The notes under the pieces are model-generated. The model ran no database searches. It saw nothing but the letters and a program-made list of their open reading frames with translations, and was not told the DNA's origin. The position numbers were made by a program, and so were the translations under genes. This document shows, piece after piece, positions 20,050 to 33,699 of a stretch of 64,000 nucleotides of DNA; the stretch's first letter is position 1; the number at the start of each line of letters is the position of its first letter. Location of the stretch: assembly GCF_964355755.1 (NCBI RefSeq), contig NC_092673.1, positions 14,728,948 through 14,792,947 on the forward strand, read 5' to 3'. This stretch comes from Antedon mediterranea. Its lineage: Eukaryota > Animalia > Echinodermata.

Positions 20050-21100
20050 ATCATAAATCATTCGTAAATTAATCTAACACTAAGAAATGAAATTGAACAA
20101 ACAATACGGATAAAAAAAAATCTTATTTCGTTTCCCAAGGTGAGACTCGATCTGGGTACCTTGAATGCTATAGACGCGAGCACAGACCACCGAGCCATAC
20201 ACAACTGACTAAAGTTGAAGAAAGATTCCTCCGTGTGTTTACTATGCAGTAACCCTTTTGGCTTTTAACTTCAATATATAAACATTTTAAAGAAGAAGTT
20301 AATGTTAAGTTTGTTATTTCGGCCAAAGAAAATGTCATAGTTTGTTTGATTGTATTAATTTTTTTTAAATTTAATATGCAATGATGACGTAATCAACTTT
20401 TTTTCCTCTTAATTTCATAATAAATCTTCCATGCATATATGATACATATACCTTTAAAAAATGAAAAATAGGGTTTCCCGAGCATTCTGACGATCTATAT
20501 TCATTTTAAAATATAGCATATTTTCACCATTTTGTGCGAAGCCGGTCACTTTAACGTGCTTGTATAACGTGGTTTTAAATTGAAAAGTGAATAAAATATG
20601 ATGAAATTGCTAAAGAAAGTTTGTAAAACAGAAATCAGGCAAAAAAAGTACCGCAGTATAGTTTAACGCGCAGTGCAAAATTCTGCGCACTCATGGCAAT
20701 TTTTAAACGCTTAAAATTGCCTGAAATGTACTCACTACTCACTCATTTTTTTAAATTGTAAGCGCACGTACGCACGCGTTATATGCGCTACGCACGTATT
20801 TGCATTTTCATATGATGAAATATGATCTGAAATTTACCAAATTTGGTTTAATTATAATACATATGATTGCAAACGTGATTTCATTAAATCACGCGTATAC
20901 CTTTTTTATTGCGCACCATGAAGGATATCCACATCGATTCCTGGATATAAGGAATATACTCTGAAAAATTGACGTAGCTAGATGTAATTGATCTCAAGAT
21001 AATATTGACGGACAAAACAGTGCTAAGGAAAGAATAAAATAAAGAAATAAAGATTTTTGACAGAATCAATAAGGTTATATGCATGATAATATATAGCCTA
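20050..21100. mobile_element. Partial copy of the Helentron/HINE-like repeat at 21648-23150
   Basis: Colinear similarity to ~21915-23150, including the tRNA-like segment and the terminal palindrome remnant. Confidence 0.7.
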
Positions 21101-21142
21101 ATTAAATTTAATTACTAACTGCTTGTTTATTTCCACGTACAG

Positions 21143-21492
21143 GTGATCATTATGTTTACATTAAAACAATATCTACAAGTAACTGGAAGTCAGCTCGCAT
21201 GAGAAGTCAATTGTTACCACCAGGGCAACATGTATCTTTATCATTCTACTATCACATGTACGGACATGAAGTTGGATCACTCATGGTTTACAGAAAATCG
21301 GATTTGGGGGACGAACTGTTATGGAAAAAAAGTGGTAACCAAGGAGATCGGTGGCGAAATGCCGTAGTAGCACAATTTGCGCACAACGGTTATGGAAAAA
21401 ATTACATTGTGTTTGAAGGCTATTGGGAAAAGTAGTTTACCGTAGGGGTGACATCGCAATTGACGACATTCAATATCGGACGCGTGCTATCA
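21143..21492 (+). pseudogene. MAM-domain exon with frameshift
   Basis: Acceptor at 21141-21142; HYVYI...ARMRS...LSFYYHMYG..VGSL.VY...LWKKSGNQGDRW...IVFEG, then GDIAIDDI in another frame after ~21430. Confidence 0.8.
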
Positions 21493-21647
21493 GTTTGTAA
21501 CTTTCAAATGAGATTTGTTTTTATTTAATATAAAGATTATATAATTATTACAGACTACTGAAATCAATACAGAAACTATACTACCATAATCTGTTCTTTG
21601 GGAAATGAAAACGAGATATAACAATTTGTGTATAAGATAAAAACATT

Positions 21648-23066
21648 AACTAGACTTAATTCGTCACTATGACGAATTATAGGTTATATGCATTGATTTA
21701 AATAAAGATAATTGATTTGTAAAAGATATTTTGATTGATTGATTTTCTCAGATTCTTTAATTATTTATAATATATGATAGAGAGGACCTTGCTAACGCGA
21801 ATACAATAGCCGGTATCACAATCCGATCAAAGATCCCTCTGCGTATAATGTCATAAACCACATTTGTTGTTACATAATAATAAAGACATAAGTTACTTTT
21901 TATCTAGATTTCATTATAAATCATGTGTATAATCTATATAATACACTAAGAAATAAATTTGAACAAACAATACGGATAATAAAAAAAAATCTTATTTCGT
22001 TTCCCAAGGTGAGACTCGATCTCGGTACCTTGAATGCCATAGACACGAGCACAGACCATCGAGCCATACACAACTAACTAAAAATTGTAGAAAAATTCCT
22101 CCGTGTATTTACTATGCAGTAACCACTTTGGCGCAAATAGATTATTACATACCGCAATGAATTATAATTTTTTACTATGATGACATCTTTAAAAATGTAA
22201 AAAAATGATGCACTGTCAAACTATATACTTTTAACTTTAATATATGAACTTCTTAAGAAAGAAAGTTAATGTTAATTAAGTTTGGTATTTTGGCCTAAGA
22301 AAATGTCATAATTTGTTTGATTGTCGAAATTATTTTTTTTAAATTGAATATGCAATTAATGATGACTTAATCAACTTTTGTTCTCTTTATTTGATAATAA
22401 ATCATACATATGATACATACACTTCAAGAAAATGAAATAAAGAATAGGTGTTCCCCTGCAATCTGACGATATATATTAATTTTAAAATTTAGCATATTTT
22501 CACCATTTTGTTAACTTATACGTGCGTAGCCAGTCACTTTTGACGTGCTCGTATAACGCAATTTCGAGTTGAAACCTGAATCAAATATGATGATATTATT
22601 AAAGAAAGATTGTAAAACAGAAATCGGGCAAAAAGATTCCGCATCAACGTTTACCGCGCAGTGCGCGTGCAAAAATCTGCGCACTCATGGCAATTTTTTA
22701 AACGCTTAAAATTGCCTGAAACGTACTCTAATTTCATCGAAAATAAATTTGACAATTTTGAACATTTTAGGCGCGCGTACGCAAGCGTTATATGCGCTAC
22801 GCACGTAATTTTATTCCCATATGATGAAATATGACCTGAAATTTATGAGTACCAAATTTTGTTTAATTGTGATTCATGCTTGTAAAGATATGATTACAAA
22901 CGTGATTTCGTTAAATCGTGCGTAGACCGCGTAATTTTTGATTACGCATCGTGAAAATATAACCACATCGATTCCTGGCCATGAAGAATATACTCTGAAA
23001 ACTTGACTTAGCTAGATTAAACTGATGCCAAGATAATGCACGGACAAAATAGTGCTAAGGAAAGAA

Positions 23067-23101
<35 letters not shown>

Positions 23102-23150
23102 AGATTTTGACAGAATCAAGAGGTTATATGCATATCATGCATATAACCTA
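21648..23150. mobile_element. Non-autonomous Helentron/HINE-like element
   Basis: aactaga terminus, hairpin aattcgtca...tgacgaatt, subterminal aggttatatgca repeated within the far-end palindrome aggttatatgcatatcatgcatataacct; internal (TAAA)n. Confidence 0.65.
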
Positions 23151-24094
23151 AAAATAGGCCTCTTATTATCAGGAAATGGGCCCAAACTACTAATACTATA
23201 TGCATATAATCTCTGCTTCCATACCTTGATTGTTGCAAACTTGTAACTCTCCCTTCTGCAGTCGAATCTCTTTATGTAACTGTTTATTTGTAATTTTATT
23301 TGTACTATTGTTTGTTTCTCTTGATATGGACTTGTTCAAAACTCAATAAATTTGAATTGGAAATAGTAGTTAACTCAATCGGAGAGCCGCGTTGGGAATT
23401 ATGACCGTTATTGAGAAATTGTGGACTTCGCATGACATACATATACATACTGTACATACTTTAAACTTTTATACATATAATATATTATACATACATACAT
23501 ACACAAAAGCGTTAATGTTTCGCTCGAAAACATTAGCATAAAGTATAGGTCATATCTCTAAACATTAGTGTACATCATCCGTCAATGTCTTATCGTTAGC
23601 ATTTTTTTATAACAATAATAAGTAAATGTCGTCATATGGCCTTTTCAAGTCAACATATCTTTTATTCAATAAGGATAATATTATGCATATGTATAATAGA
23701 GAATAAAATGAAAACTGAAGCAAAATAAAAAATAAAGGAAATACTAAACAGAAAAGCAAATAATTAAACATATATATATATAATCTATATACCCATATTA
23801 AACCGGACAGAAAATAGACAAATAAACAAATCATAAATTATTAGTATTACTATTATTATAAAAAGACAAAATAAATTATTAAATTTAACCAAAAAGTCAT
23901 TTAATTTTTTTCCTTTAATTTCAGGTTTTTCTAGTAGGAAAATAAGTGGATATAATCTTTTTTTTTTAAAACTGTTATGTCACATTAAAATAGATTATTC
24001 AACAATTTTCAGGGGGACAATAATATCTTATATAAATATTTATCTTTATTCAATGAACATTTGTAACAATTAATTTAAATTTAACACTCACTAG

Positions 24095-24986
24095 ACGAAT
24101 GGGACGCTGGCTTAACGGGAATCGACACATTTACAAATAACGGAGATACTTACTTAGTAGTTGTGAATCAAGATAACTGTGTACAGAACACAATAGTGTA
24201 CATATGAGACAATTCGACTAATGAATGTAAAATTCATCAACCTATTCCTGTGGAGCATTGTTCGTACAGATCTACCATTTTCAAAGTAAGTATATTAAGT
24301 ATTAAATAAATTCATCTGGTTCCAATTATAACTAACTGGAATATTTTTACTTTTATGTTGAACCAAAAAATACATACACAATACATACATACACCCATGC
24401 ATACCTACATATTTATACCAATTTTTGGTTCATAAAAGTAATAATTTTCCAGTTAAGTTCAAGTACGCTACACACACTTGAGTGTGTATCGTCTTTACAA
24501 AACAGAAATTGGGAGGTGGCCAATTTTGATTGATATTGCTTTTTAAATTGAAAAGTCTGGCAAAAAAAAGAGTGCTGCAGGTACACTAATGAAACAAACC
24601 TAAATTGATATCAAAATGTATGCGAATCAACCAATCTTTCGAGTTGTTTTTTTTGGGTTTTAGCAATTAGCATGTTTGTATCAAAGCGCATCTTTAAGTA
24701 TATTATTCTTTATTTACAGGTTGGCGGAGAAGTGTTTATGATAATAACCACAAGCAGAACGGAATCACGTGATGCTGATGACGATTTTGAACTCTATATT
24801 ACGTCATCACCAATATTTAAATTAGAAGGAAATATGTTCGTAAGTTACGGAGCGATACCATCACACGAATGTTATGATATAACATTTTTTGAACGAGATG
24901 GGGAGTACTTTTTGGGTCAGTCGAATAAACGAAATGGAAATGGTGGTACGACTAATCCAATCTTCAACATATACCAATGGGTGTAG
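24095..24986 (+). pseudogene. EAR/EPTP-repeat (TSPEAR/LGI-like propeller) terminal exons 24095-24285 and 24720-24986
   Basis: F..NGDTYLVVVN...IVYI*D...HQPIP (TGA at 24205-24207 where Trp is expected); FFERDGEYFL..SN...IYQW-stop; GT/AG sites in phase. Confidence 0.7.
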
Positions 24987-25147
24987 TTGATGTAAATTTT
25001 AAAAGGTATGGCGCTCGTTGATTTTTAAAACTTGATATTACGGAAGCTGATTTTGAGAGGCCCTCAACAATACAAGCGACATAAAAACATTACAAGTAAA
25101 AATATATTTAAAGGCAAAAATGTAAAAAGGTTAGGAAGATTTAAAAT

Positions 25148-25375
25148 TTAAAATGTGTCATTGTTAAGCATAACATTCTTTAATTTACTTTTAAAATTTA
25201 AAAAAGTATTGCAATTTCTAATTGAAACGTCTAAAGAGTTAAAATATTTAGGTCCTTTATAATTAAAAGAATGTTTAAAAAGTTCACACTGAGGTCTTGG
25301 AACAACGAGATCACACCTGGAAAGTTGCCGGGTAGACATTCTACCATTGGCAGTAATTCTGGCAAGCCCACGGTA
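25148..25375 (-). mobile_element. CR1/L2-type LINE 3' end fragment
   Basis: TRQ....L.VP....LFKHSF.Y.G...FNSL...IRN...F..FKSKLK C-terminal motif; related copy at 36985-37320. Confidence 0.7.
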
Positions 25376-28300
25376 GATGTTAGTTTGGGCGAGATTGGCA
25401 AGACAGTCCGTTTGATAGTCAGAATCAGTAGGGAGTAGAAATGGTGTTAAAAAAGTTGACGGGAATTAGGAGTAGTGTAAGGAAGTTGGAGAATAGTTTG
25501 CATAACCAATCCAAACTTCAACAATTACCAATGGGTGTGTATTTGCAGATCCCGCTCTCCTGTCCTGTGCCTTATTGAACTAAAACGTGCAAAAAACTTA
25601 TTTAATATTTCAATGTTTGTTTGACACATTTAAATATTACTTGCTGTAGTAATCTTGTAATCTTTATATATGTATAAATCTATAGAAGTCTTATCAAGGT
25701 AAAAAGTGGTCAGAAAATAGACAAAATAGAACTAGAATAGTATGACTACATCTCTGTCGCTCTACACGTTGTCTACTACTTAGATGTATAACGTAGCGTG
25801 ATTATACCATGGATGAAGTACGTCCTCTATACCCAATACACGAGCGGTATTTTTATATTTAATTCTTACAATATGGTATTGTTTATGTTGAACTTCTGTT
25901 GTCATGGTTACCGCATGTTTTAGTTGTTAATATGTATGGTCATGTTTATGAAAAATATTGACTATTAGTATTAATATTTGTAAAATGCATATATAACAAT
26001 GGTTAGGCTTAATAATTTATTTAATTAAAGATGTATTGTCCCCCTGAACAAATAATTTTAAAAAATATTTTTGTTGAATAGGCCATTTTAATGATACATA
26101 AAGTTATTCACTTTGAAATAAAATTTGATCGAAAAAAAAAATTATTTACCTGAGAAAATCTTAAGGTAAAGTAATAAATAGTCAACCGGAAGTCGGTTGG
26201 CTGGCAGCCAGCTGGCTTCCGGTTTAATTTAACCCTTGACCTGAATTAGCTTATGAATTATGCATATTGTATGATTCTTGTGCGTGTATGTGACCTCTAG
26301 GTCATCACAAAAAAATACGACGTGATATGGCGAGACGACGTTGTGGGAAAGTTCTGTAGTTTAACAACAAAAAAACAATTCCTATCTTGAAAAAAATACT
26401 ATGGCTAGGCCCTAGCAGATTGGTAAGTAAGAACTGTAGTTTCTATAGTGCAGTTTTGTTAGTTAGTATAGGAAGCCTAGTTAGCCCAGTACAGCTGTAC
26501 TGGCCTAGAGTAGGCCTAGGCCTAGTAGTAGCTAGTCTGCTAGTAGTACTAGTTGTACTTGTAGGCCTGAGTGAGTAGTAGGCCTAGCTAATACTAATAG
26601 ATCTAACTTGTAGGCCTTATTAATAGTTATTATCTGTGAGCATGGAGTAAAGAATAAGGTTTTAGTAGTGTGAATTTTGACACCACCACCTCGTCTTATT
26701 TTTAGTATAATACTATAATAATAGTCCTTCATCATTATTCATATCACTTTTCATTCATTTTAAAACATTTAATTTTCTTTTCTATGTAGAGTTTGTGATT
26801 TAAAAAAATTATACATAACTTACGAGCAGCGATACCCAAAAAGCTAAAACTTGTGAATGGCTGCCAAAAATAAAAAAATAAGGTCACCACCAGGGCCAGG
26901 AGAGATTATGGTGCTTGGTTTTTCCTTCATGATTAATTACATTTTAATGCTAATATAAATTTGTGAAAATTGTAACTAGGCCTATACTGTACATCCAATA
27001 ATGTAATTTTTTTTTCTCTTACAGAAAATGACCAAATAATCTAAGTTAAATATTTTTTGGAATGTGTACTTTACAGTACTTAGTACTGTTATGTTGAAAA
27101 TTCTTCTTTTTATGTAGATATTTTAATAAAAAATGTCTTTCTTTTAATAGGTATTAACACACTAATTGAATGAACAATATGAGCAAGTAGTGGAAAATGG
27201 TGAAGAAATCAACACAAAATGTGGTAGCAACATTCACAATATTTATTTGAACGTTTCTTACTATGACACTTTAAAATGGATGAACAATCACAGAAGACAA
27301 GCTATTGCTGTAATGCCACAATCAACACACCAATTAATAGTTAATAAATTGTCAACAATAATGCAGAAATTCAATGAAATATACTGTACTAGTAATTAAC
27401 TCATTTTTTTTACTGTACTGTACTGTAAATCTTCACACATTAAAATTATGGAGATTTTATCTCATGTACTGTAGTAGTATTTTTATTTATTTAATGCTAT
27501 GTTTGCAAAATAATTTCAAATGTTATTGCTCTAATTATGTAAACTATACAACATTTTAAAAGCTGGAAAACAACCAACACATTTGCCGAATGCTTTATGA
27601 TAGTCATCCAATATTTATCTTGTGTTCTACTACCGAGTCTACCGCCAGTTGCCTTTATGCAGTATTGATGTACCCTCTGTTCCAGTCTTCATTAGCTTAA
27701 GTCTATAAATTTAAAAACAATGATGTATAAATACAAAAGTCAAATAGAAAAGTTAAATATTTCACAATTCATTGCATACATATAATTATTATTTCTGTAC
27801 ATGAATCTGAAGTTTTCAATTTGGGGTACTACTAATGTACAGTAAGGAATTCATGAAAAGTGCATCTCCTCCCTCAAAAAGGCCTAGTCTAATTACTAGT
27901 GTTTTGGTTGCTATCAAAAACAATCTATTCTACCGTCAACTTCTTTGGTACTGTATCCTGATCATTTTCCAAATGTTTTTTTTTTGTCATAAGTTACTCT
28001 TTTTTTAGACTTTAAAATTAATTCGAGCTCCAAATGTAATATCAATGGTACAGTAACATAGTAGGCCTATTTCCTGTAGCTAGTTGTGGAGTGATGACCT
28101 AGCTAGGTGAGTACGATATATAGGACCTAGCTAGGCCTCAAAGTGGGTTCCCGTCTACTTTTCTTACCCGATATCTGCCTGCCTACAGCTGCTACACTAC
28201 ACAGTAGTAAACTACTAACTAGGCCCTAGATAGTAGGCTTATATTATAGCCCTAGCCTAGATAGCCAAGCCTATAACTATACGGCAAAAACGTCTAGTTT

Positions 28301-28627
28301 GCGATATATAACTATTATAGGAGGATGTCTCATTCATCTAAAATAAAATTCTACTTACGTTACCAGCAAATTAACGGCAGAGCTTTTTACATCATACGAT
28401 CAGGGAAACCCCAGCACTTTCTTCTGTTCGTCCATGGATTAAAGAATAGATGGATATGCATCGACGTGAGATCAAGGGTTCCTTGACTCTCGCCGACAGA
28501 CCGCGAACCGCCCACAATGTTACAGTTTAATTAACCTCATGGTAACATCGAAACGGTCGCGTGCCCAATATATTGTTTACTGTACATGTGCAACGACATT
28601 TAACCTTGTTGGCTACACTTCTTTCGC

Positions 28628-29710
28628 GGGTGTCACGAAAGCTCAGACCACGAAAGCTCAGACCCCCTAAGACCTAAGATCACGAAAGCTAAGACCCAAC
28701 ACCTAAGATTACAAATACTAAGATATACTACAGATTAAAAACAATACTTGTTTATCCATACATAATTTTAAACACAGTAGGTTTCATTTATTACCATAAA
28801 TATAATTTAATACTACCGCAAAACATAGATAAACTCACATTATTTTCGCCTGTTGAGTAAATGTATATTTTTTCTTTACAACAAACAAACTTGACGGGTT
28901 GTTTGTTGGTATATATTTACTCCATTGTGTTGGTTCAGAGGATGTTTTTCTTACGCACCTGCCTTTCTTGTATTTTGACTCAAAATTTGTTGACCCACTT
29001 TATCCTGAACACCAAACTTTAAAATTAGGACTTATAAGTACTTTCAGAAGGAGAAACACATAATAACAAATAAATAAATCCTTTAAATTGATGATTTTAC
29101 ATATGTGTTTCTTTGTATACTGTAATGTAACTCCTCGAGCTCCCACCATGCTCAATGTTTTTGTTTCCATGGAGCGCCAAAAGAGCAACAATAATAGTAC
29201 AAGCATAAAAACAGAAAGAAAACGAAACAAAAAAACTTATCATGATTTTTAAATTAAAATTTATTTGCCAGTATTTATTTCTTCGTACTTGCATGATTAT
29301 ACTATTATCATTACAATTTTAATTTTACATTGTTCCATCCACTCCACACTGTAGATGGACTCCACAGAGTTTTCAGCCCTCTATATAATTTTTGCTCTTT
29401 TGACGTTCCATAGAAACAAAAACATTGAACATGGGGTAGGCCTACTGTAGTACTGTAGGCTAGTCATTTTGTGTGCGAGAAAAACATCTGTAAAATCATC
29501 AATTTAAAAATGTATTTGTTACTTTTTATGTGATTCTTTTTCATGAAAGTGCCAATTCTAAGGTGTGGTATTCAGAATAAATGTTGGGAGTTAAAATACA
29601 AGGCAGGTGCGAAAGATAAATATTTGTAATCTTAGGTGTTGGGTCTTAGCTTTCGTGATCTTAGGTCTTAGGGGGTCTGAGCTTTCGTGGTCTGAGCTTT
29701 CGTGACACCC
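28628..29710. mobile_element. MITE with ~90-bp TIRs and 10-bp TSD (Mutator-like)
   Basis: TIR gggtgtcacgaaagctcagacc...; TSD cttctttcgc at 28618-28627 and 29711-29720. Confidence 0.85.
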
Positions 29711-29781
29711 CTTCTTTCGCGCGTTCTTTGGTGGCATGATGTTTTTAGCGCTAGCAACAATACATATTTGAACAGTATAAT

Positions 29782-29978
29782 CAGTGGCGTAACGGCTATG
29801 TGCGCTCACTGGCTAAACCCAGGGGCCCTGAAGCTTGGGACCCATGAGCAGTGCCCAGAGGAACAGGCATAAAATATGTCGAAAATGCTAAAAACGTCCG
29901 AGGCCTCGATCTTTGAAACTTGGAGGGCCACTTAGGTTTCCTAAACAAGTGGCTTCAGGCCTCTGCCTCACGCCACTG
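29782..29978. mobile_element. hAT-like MITE
   Basis: TIR cagtggcgt...acgccactg; 8-bp TSD agtataat. Confidence 0.8.
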
Positions 29979-32092
29979 AGTATAATGTTTATTGAAAACA
30001 GTTATTAAATTACATTGTATGTTATTGTGAAGACCCTAGTGTAGGTCTACTTCATCAATATACCAGATAAAAACAATACTATATTGTTATTGGCTTAGAA
30101 TTGTAGATGCTATAATTGTAATTAGTATAGGTTTCTGCCGCGATTGATCTACGCTAATGTTTTTATGACATTAAAGTAGCATTTTATGAGACAATAACTA
30201 GTTGTTGTCTCAGCGCGCCTACATGTAAAATTACAAAATCAGCAAGGATACTAGGCCTTCTAGGCTTACTAGTAAACCATATGATTTGCCGACATTGATA
30301 CTGCCTAGGTAGGCCTAGGCTAATCTTAAGTGTAGTAGATACAATGCGTAATCATGATCTATATACTCACCGTTGTCTTACTTCTTGTGTGAATAATAAT
30401 AGGTACTTCGTTTGTTCGTGATTAAGTTTGCCCTGCGTTTACTTTTCAAAACGACCGCTAGGTAACGTATCGCAACTATACATAGCCAGCCAATCCCGGA
30501 TCTGAGATCGCTGTTTTCATTCAATTAGGCCCGGTGATTGGATGTGATGTAGATGACATAACCATTAGCCAATCACCAGGCACTACAATTTAAATATAAT
30601 CACATCGATAATTAAGGAGATTTATGAAGAAACCACTGCTTAGCCATATACAGTATTAAAAACACGATTGTTGTATGTGTGAACACCGGCCACGCTAACA
30701 ACATACATGGTCAAATGCATAATTTAATATTCTATAGATTAACGCAATTTTAATGACAGAAGATGGCAGGCAAATAATAATAATTCAAATATAAAAATTG
30801 CATATTTTATTAATATTACCAACTACTTAAAATTACCAGTCGTAAGAAAGTGAACTTTTCGTAGTCCGATTGTGATGAAACTAAAACAGAATTGTTCAGC
30901 AATATATTTTTGTTGTCAATTAATCATCGACGCAGACATGTCAATAGAACATTCAGACTGCGCATACGATTTCTACATGGTTATGTTTTGGTCTAAAAAA
31001 ATGTAACAGTTGATTCGCAGCGTTCTACAGAGGGCCGCGGTTAGAGACACGGAGTTCAATGAGCGTGTTTGTTTGATTGGCAGCAGTGCTTAAGTATAGG
31101 CAAGCGCGTTATAAAATCATTTGATGTCACCGTCGATGCATACCCTTCTATTCTTTAATCCATGGTTCGTCGCACATGCTTGTTTATGTGGTGAAGATAA
31201 CAGATCGGATCTCCTCTGTTTGGATGCTCATTAACATATCATGCATATTTATGAGTTGTTAGCTAACCATCGTTATTTAGGAATTTCTGAGCTTATGAGT
31301 TCGAAAAAATGGTAAACTTATTTTGATTTTTTATAAGCGAAATCAATATTTTTTTCTGATTTTTTTTCGGCGAAAGTGAATAACTTTATTATAACTACAA
31401 AACGGTCTATTCAAAATTTGATTTTTCTCATCTTTATTTTTCATGTTTTGGGGGACAATACAACTTTAAAATATAAGCATAGGTGTTAGATAATTATTAT
31501 CCAGCACGTTTGTTTTTAGTCATATTATAATAAAGTTGAAATAATGCTGTAACCAGGGAAGAGTTAAATTACAATTGTAATTTAACTCTTCCCTGCTGTA
31601 ACTGAGTTTAGTGATTATTTAACAGTCGGAGAGCCGCGTTGGGAAATATGACCGTTATCGCTGAATTTTCGACTTCGCATGACGTCATAGATTTTAGAAG
31701 CCCTCTCTCGGCACAGAAGCGTCAACGTTTCGCGCGAAAACATTAGTATAAAGTATAGGCTACGTCATTTTATAGCTGTTTAATAAACATTAATAGGCGT
31801 AAAATTAACCATATATGGTAAGATCAGTTCCTTATATGTTTAAGATGTCACAAGTCACCTAATTTTCTGAATAATTTGTTGGATTTGTTGTCAGTGACAG
31901 TTTCTTTCCAAAGTTCGTGTGCAGCCGTCAAAACTGAAGTTTTCTAACAGTTGTTTGTTTACAAATTTCCCATTAGTGGGATTTGCATCCCATACAGTGA
32001 ATTACCAAAAACTCGACGTATATGGATAAAGTAAGTATCAATAGTCTGTTTTACGTTAAAATTGGCTTGAAACCCTATTTAAGCTTCGATTA

Positions 32093-33666
32093 CAGACTGT
32101 GCTTGTTATTAGCTGAAGGGTCAGATCCCTTCCTGGAATTGACATTCGTTATATTTTAGTTACCTAGGAGTACGTTATGTTGTAATTAATAAACAAAAAT
32201 AATTCTGCTCTTTAGTGCTACTTTAAATCGTTGGGAAGAATTAATGATGCCTGTCTATTTAGCTTAAAATCAAGAAATGTCGTTGTGTCGCGACAGTTTG
32301 TTATAAATAAGTTAATCTTGTACATTAAAACTAGTATTCAGTTGTGATTGATAATTGCTATACAGCTGCAAATTATACAACAACTTGTAGTGCTGGTTTA
32401 TCTATTCTAAACTTATATAAACCACAATGTATTCTTGCTAGTAACAATATTCATAAACATAAAGTTATAAAAAGTACAAGAACATTATTATCGATATTTT
32501 TCGTAACAAATAAATCGATCTGGTAAGGCTTACAAGCAAACTGGAAGTTTGATAAAGCAAGCATTCATTGTTCTGCTTTAGGCCTACACACCTTGAGAAA
32601 AAATAATGAAATCGTGAATAACAAACAGTGATACAGAAACTGGTGGTGCTTGTTTTCTATCTTTAAGTTTTAAATAGCACAGTGTATTATTGCTCCAATA
32701 TGAATAATATAAGGAAGTACAAAGTACAATAACAGGCCTCTCATTGTTACCGATCTTTTTATCTAATAAACAAATCTTTCTAGTACCGGTAAATCGGAAG
32801 TGTGGTAATTGTAAAAGAAAAAATGAAACAAATTTATGCTCCAAATATTATTTGTTTTACAGCTTTATATAAGGCAGCTCAGACTGTGCTTGTTATTAGC
32901 TGAAGGGTCAGATCCCTTCCTGGAATTGACATTCGTTATATTTTAGTTACCTAGGAGTACGTTATGTTGTAATTAATAAACAAAAATAATTCTGCTCTTT
33001 AGTGCTACTTTAAACCGTTGGGAAGAATTAATGATGCCTGTCTATTTAGCTTAAAATCAAGAAATGTCGTTGTGTCGCGACAGTTTGTTATAAATAAGTT
33101 AATCTTGTACATTAAAACTAGTATTCAGTTGTGATTGATAATTGCTATACAGCTGCAAATTATACAACAACTTGTAGTGCTGGTTTATCTATTCTAAACT
33201 TATATAAACCACAATGTATTCTTGCTAGTAACAATATTCATAAACATAAAGTTATAAAAAGTACAAGAACATTATTATCGATATTTTTCGTAACAAATAA
33301 ATCGATCTGGTAAGGCTTACAAGCAAACTGGAAGTTTGATAAAGCAAGCATTCATTGTTCTGCTTTAGGCCTACACACCTTGAGAAAAAATAATGAAATC
33401 GTGAATAACAAACAGTGATACAGAAACTGGTGGTGCTTGTTTTCTATCTTTAAGTTTTAAATAGCACAGTGTATTATTGCTCCAATATGAATAATATAAG
33501 GAAGTACAAAGTACTATAACAGGCTTCTCATTGTTACCGATCTTTTTATCTAATAAACAAATCTTTCTAGTACCGGTAAATCGGAAGTGTGGTAATTGTA
33601 AAAGAAAAAATGAAACAAATTTATGCTCCAAATATTATTTGTTTTACAGCTTTATATAAGGCAGCT
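32093..33666 (+). repeat. Tandem duplication, 787-bp unit, two nearly identical copies
   Basis: 32093-32879 repeats at 32880-33666; the ORF pairs are offset by exactly 787. Confidence 0.95.
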
Positions 33667-33699
33667 TTAAAAGTTCAACAATATTTTTGTACTTTTTGA

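Larger units (their letters stand above)
28432..31165. mobile_element. Nested TIR element
   Basis: ccatggattaaagaataga.gg.tatgcatcgacg pairs with cgtcgatgcatacccttctattctttaatccatgg. Confidence 0.65.
26029..31465. mobile_element. Kolobok-like non-autonomous DNA transposon carrying nested insertions
   Basis: TTAA|AGATGTATTGTCCCC ... GGGGACAATACAACT|TTAA; AG..CT termini with a TTAA target are characteristic of Kolobok. Confidence 0.7.

Noticed and set aside
20130-20205. Functional tRNA gene
   Set aside because: Degenerate stems and boxes, and embedded in a repeated element.
32344-33631. Duplicated small ORFs (60 and 86 aa)
   Set aside because: They are by-products of the 787-bp duplication, with non-ATG starts and no motifs.
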